Shown piece after piece: positions 61,950-64,000 of a stretch of 64,000 nt of DNA. Origin of the DNA: Nymphaea colorata (Eukaryota); the NCBI RefSeq assembly GCF_008831285.2, contig NC_045138.2, forward strand, positions 13,702,001-13,766,000, given 5' to 3'. Each line of letters starts with the position of its first letter. Position 1 is the stretch's first letter. The notes under the pieces were generated by a model that ran no database searches, was not told where the DNA came from, and was given only the letters and a program-made list of their open reading frames with translations. A program made the translations under genes and the position numbers.

Positions 61950-63250
61950 TTTTCCTTTTTCGAATGCCAAGTTTGAGGCCGACCACCATCAAGTATTGTG
62001 AGTTCGAATTCAGCCTTCGACTTTATACTTTCTTAGAATCATAGAATCGAGGGGAGCTTATGTAATAGTCGATCCCTGTGTTCTACTCCAGCATGATATA
62101 TATGAAGGGTTGGCGATAACGTGAAGGGCTTCCAGATTGTCACAAAGTAACTTAGCTCTAGTAATTGGCTGATGAAGATGTAATCAACCACTAACAACTT
62201 ATGCTAGATCTCCTTGTAATAAGCATCAACCATAACACTATATTCAACTTTGTGTAAGGATCGTGAGACAGAGTCCTGCTTTTGTTTTTCCTGAGACTAT
62301 AACCGATAAAAGATTAATGAGTGTCCCAATTTTAAGCTGCCCAATCAGCTACACATTAGGCTCCGAGAGTCAAATGGATATTTTCTGGCAAAAGAATATG
62401 CTTGAACTATGTTATTTTTCAGATAACAAACAACAAGCATGAAATGGAGTGTGCGGGGAATTGTGTTGTGAACAAAATGATAAATTGTTCAATTGTATTA
62501 GCCCATTGACCTCCCTATGAACAAGCCTGCATGAGGAGGTGAGAATTATTGAGTAGATCACAATCGGAACTTGTAAAAGTTTAGCAGCTTGTCCATAGGG
62601 AGGTCAATGGGCTTAGCATTCAAATGCCAAAATTTTCAAGAATATTTATGGTATACTTCTGTCAGGATAAAAAATATACTGTCTTTAAATCGAGTGAGTT
62701 CAATGCCAAGTGTTTTAATGGCACCAAATTTGTCATATGGAAGATACTGTAAAGATAATCCTTGAACTTGCTGATATGTTTCACCCAGGCTCCGGCAGTA
62801 ATCAAATCATCAATAAACGAACTGCAAAACTTGACGCTGCAGAAATGTGAATAGAGAATAACATAACGCAAACTGCGCAAATCCATATGTCATAAGAGAA
62901 TAAGAAGACATGGAGACATAGTTTGAGGATATATAGATACTTTTGTGGCTTGCAAATTAACATCTGTCGTTCTCTCACTCCTATAAACAAATGGAAGCTT
63001 TATGTAAACTTCTTCAAGAATATCACAATGCAAGAATGCACTGCCAACATCCACTTGACGTAGAAGTCGACGATTTTTCGCAGCAAGTTATAGTGGCTAA
63101 TTTTGCAGTTGGGACAAAAGTTTCATGATTAGTGTGTAGATTCAACTTGTACATATCCCTTTGTCGCATACTGTGCCTTGTATATATATCCTAATAGACC
63201 CATTAAATATAGAAGTACCTACTTACTCAAGTGGCCCCATTTGCACTGAC
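61950..63250 (-). mobile_element. Decayed Ty1/copia RT-RNase H region
   Basis: Ordered degenerate copia motifs on the minus strand: KAQYATKGYVQ, LLRQVDVGSAFLHCDILEEVYIKLP, SFIDDLIT, FHMTNLVPLKH-LGIELTR...IFLS*QKY, KPIDLPMDK, VADWAA, KQDSVSRSLHKVEY, LCDNLEALHVIANP; many stops and frameshifts. Boundaries approximate. Confidence 0.8.
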
Positions 63251-63464
63251 CTGACTGGTTAAATGATGGGAGTGGCAAGAGGGTCCCTGTGCATTGTCCA
63301 CAGCGTTTTGCTGACAAAAATTGTGTTCCGCTGCTTGATTATATAAGGTAGGATGTAACTGTCAAAGCCTTTCAGGAGGAAATGCTGACAATGAATATCA
63401 TAAATTATTGAATTATCCGAAGGTCAAGGATTAACGACTTTGTAGAGAATGCTAGCTAATATAA

Positions 63465-64000
63465 TTCTCTCTCTATGTCTTCCCGAGAAAGATTGCGGAA
63501 GGGGTATTTATGTTGGGATTAATTTGATTACAAAATACAATCTTTAATCTTTCTCTCCCCTCCCATGTTTTGTAGATAAAGAGAAAAAGTTATTGAGGAA
63601 GGTGTATTTATATTGGCTTTAAATTGTTTACAAAATAAAATCTTTAATCTCTCCTACTCTCTCTCTCTCCCCTTCCATGTTTTATAGAGAAAGAGAGAAA
63701 GAGATTGAGGAAGGTGTATTTATATTAGCATTAATTTGTTTATAAAATACAGTCTTTAATCTCTCTCTCTCTCTCTCCCCTTCCATGTTTTTTAGGGAAA
63801 AAGAGAAAGAGATTGAGGAAGGTGTATTTATATTGGCATTAATTTGTTTAGGAAATACAATCTTTAATCTCTCTCTATCTCCTTCCATGTATTCTAGAGA
63901 AAGAGAGAAAAAATTGAGGAATGTGTATTTATGTTGGCATTAATTTGTTTACAAAATACAATCTTTAATCTCATGTTCTCTAGAGAAAGAGAGAAAGAGA
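63465..64000. repeat. ~100-112 bp tandem (satellite-like) repeat, at least 5 copies, runs off the window
   Basis: The (G/T/A)ATTG(A/C)GGAA-GTATTTAT word recurs at about 63491, 63591, 63703, 63811 and 63912; unit length varies through internal CT/GA microsatellites. Confidence 0.88.

Overview
Eukaryotic (flowering-plant) nuclear DNA with spliced genes, so most ORF-track entries are exon fragments or noise. Left to right: (1) a head-to-head pair of duplicated aldo/keto reductase genes with likely plastid transit peptides (minus copy runs off the window; plus copy complete with 9 exons and one GC-AG intron); (2) an atypical bZIP gene (bZIP62-like, 6 exons); (3) a cluster of root-cap/LEA-related secreted protein genes: a frameshifted pseudogene (A), two intact genes in an inverted tail-to-tail duplication (B, C), and the promoter-only remnant of a fourth copy (D); (4) a 15-exon WD40 gene resembling TFIIIC subunit GTF3C2; (5) hAT-type MITEs, a 3.1-kb non-autonomous hAT-like element with long inverted arms, two decayed Ty1/copia fragments and several tandem repeats. 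The most unusual object is a chimeric locus at about 38.6-40.9 kb. There the root-cap promoter and 5'UTR are fused, near the position of the lost ATG, to a ~185-bp copy of bZIP intron 1 carrying a 38-codon ORF, followed by a perfect 38-bp inverted repeat. This is a candidate young hairpin/small-RNA gene. All gene models and alignments were done by eye, and none is validated by expression data or database search.
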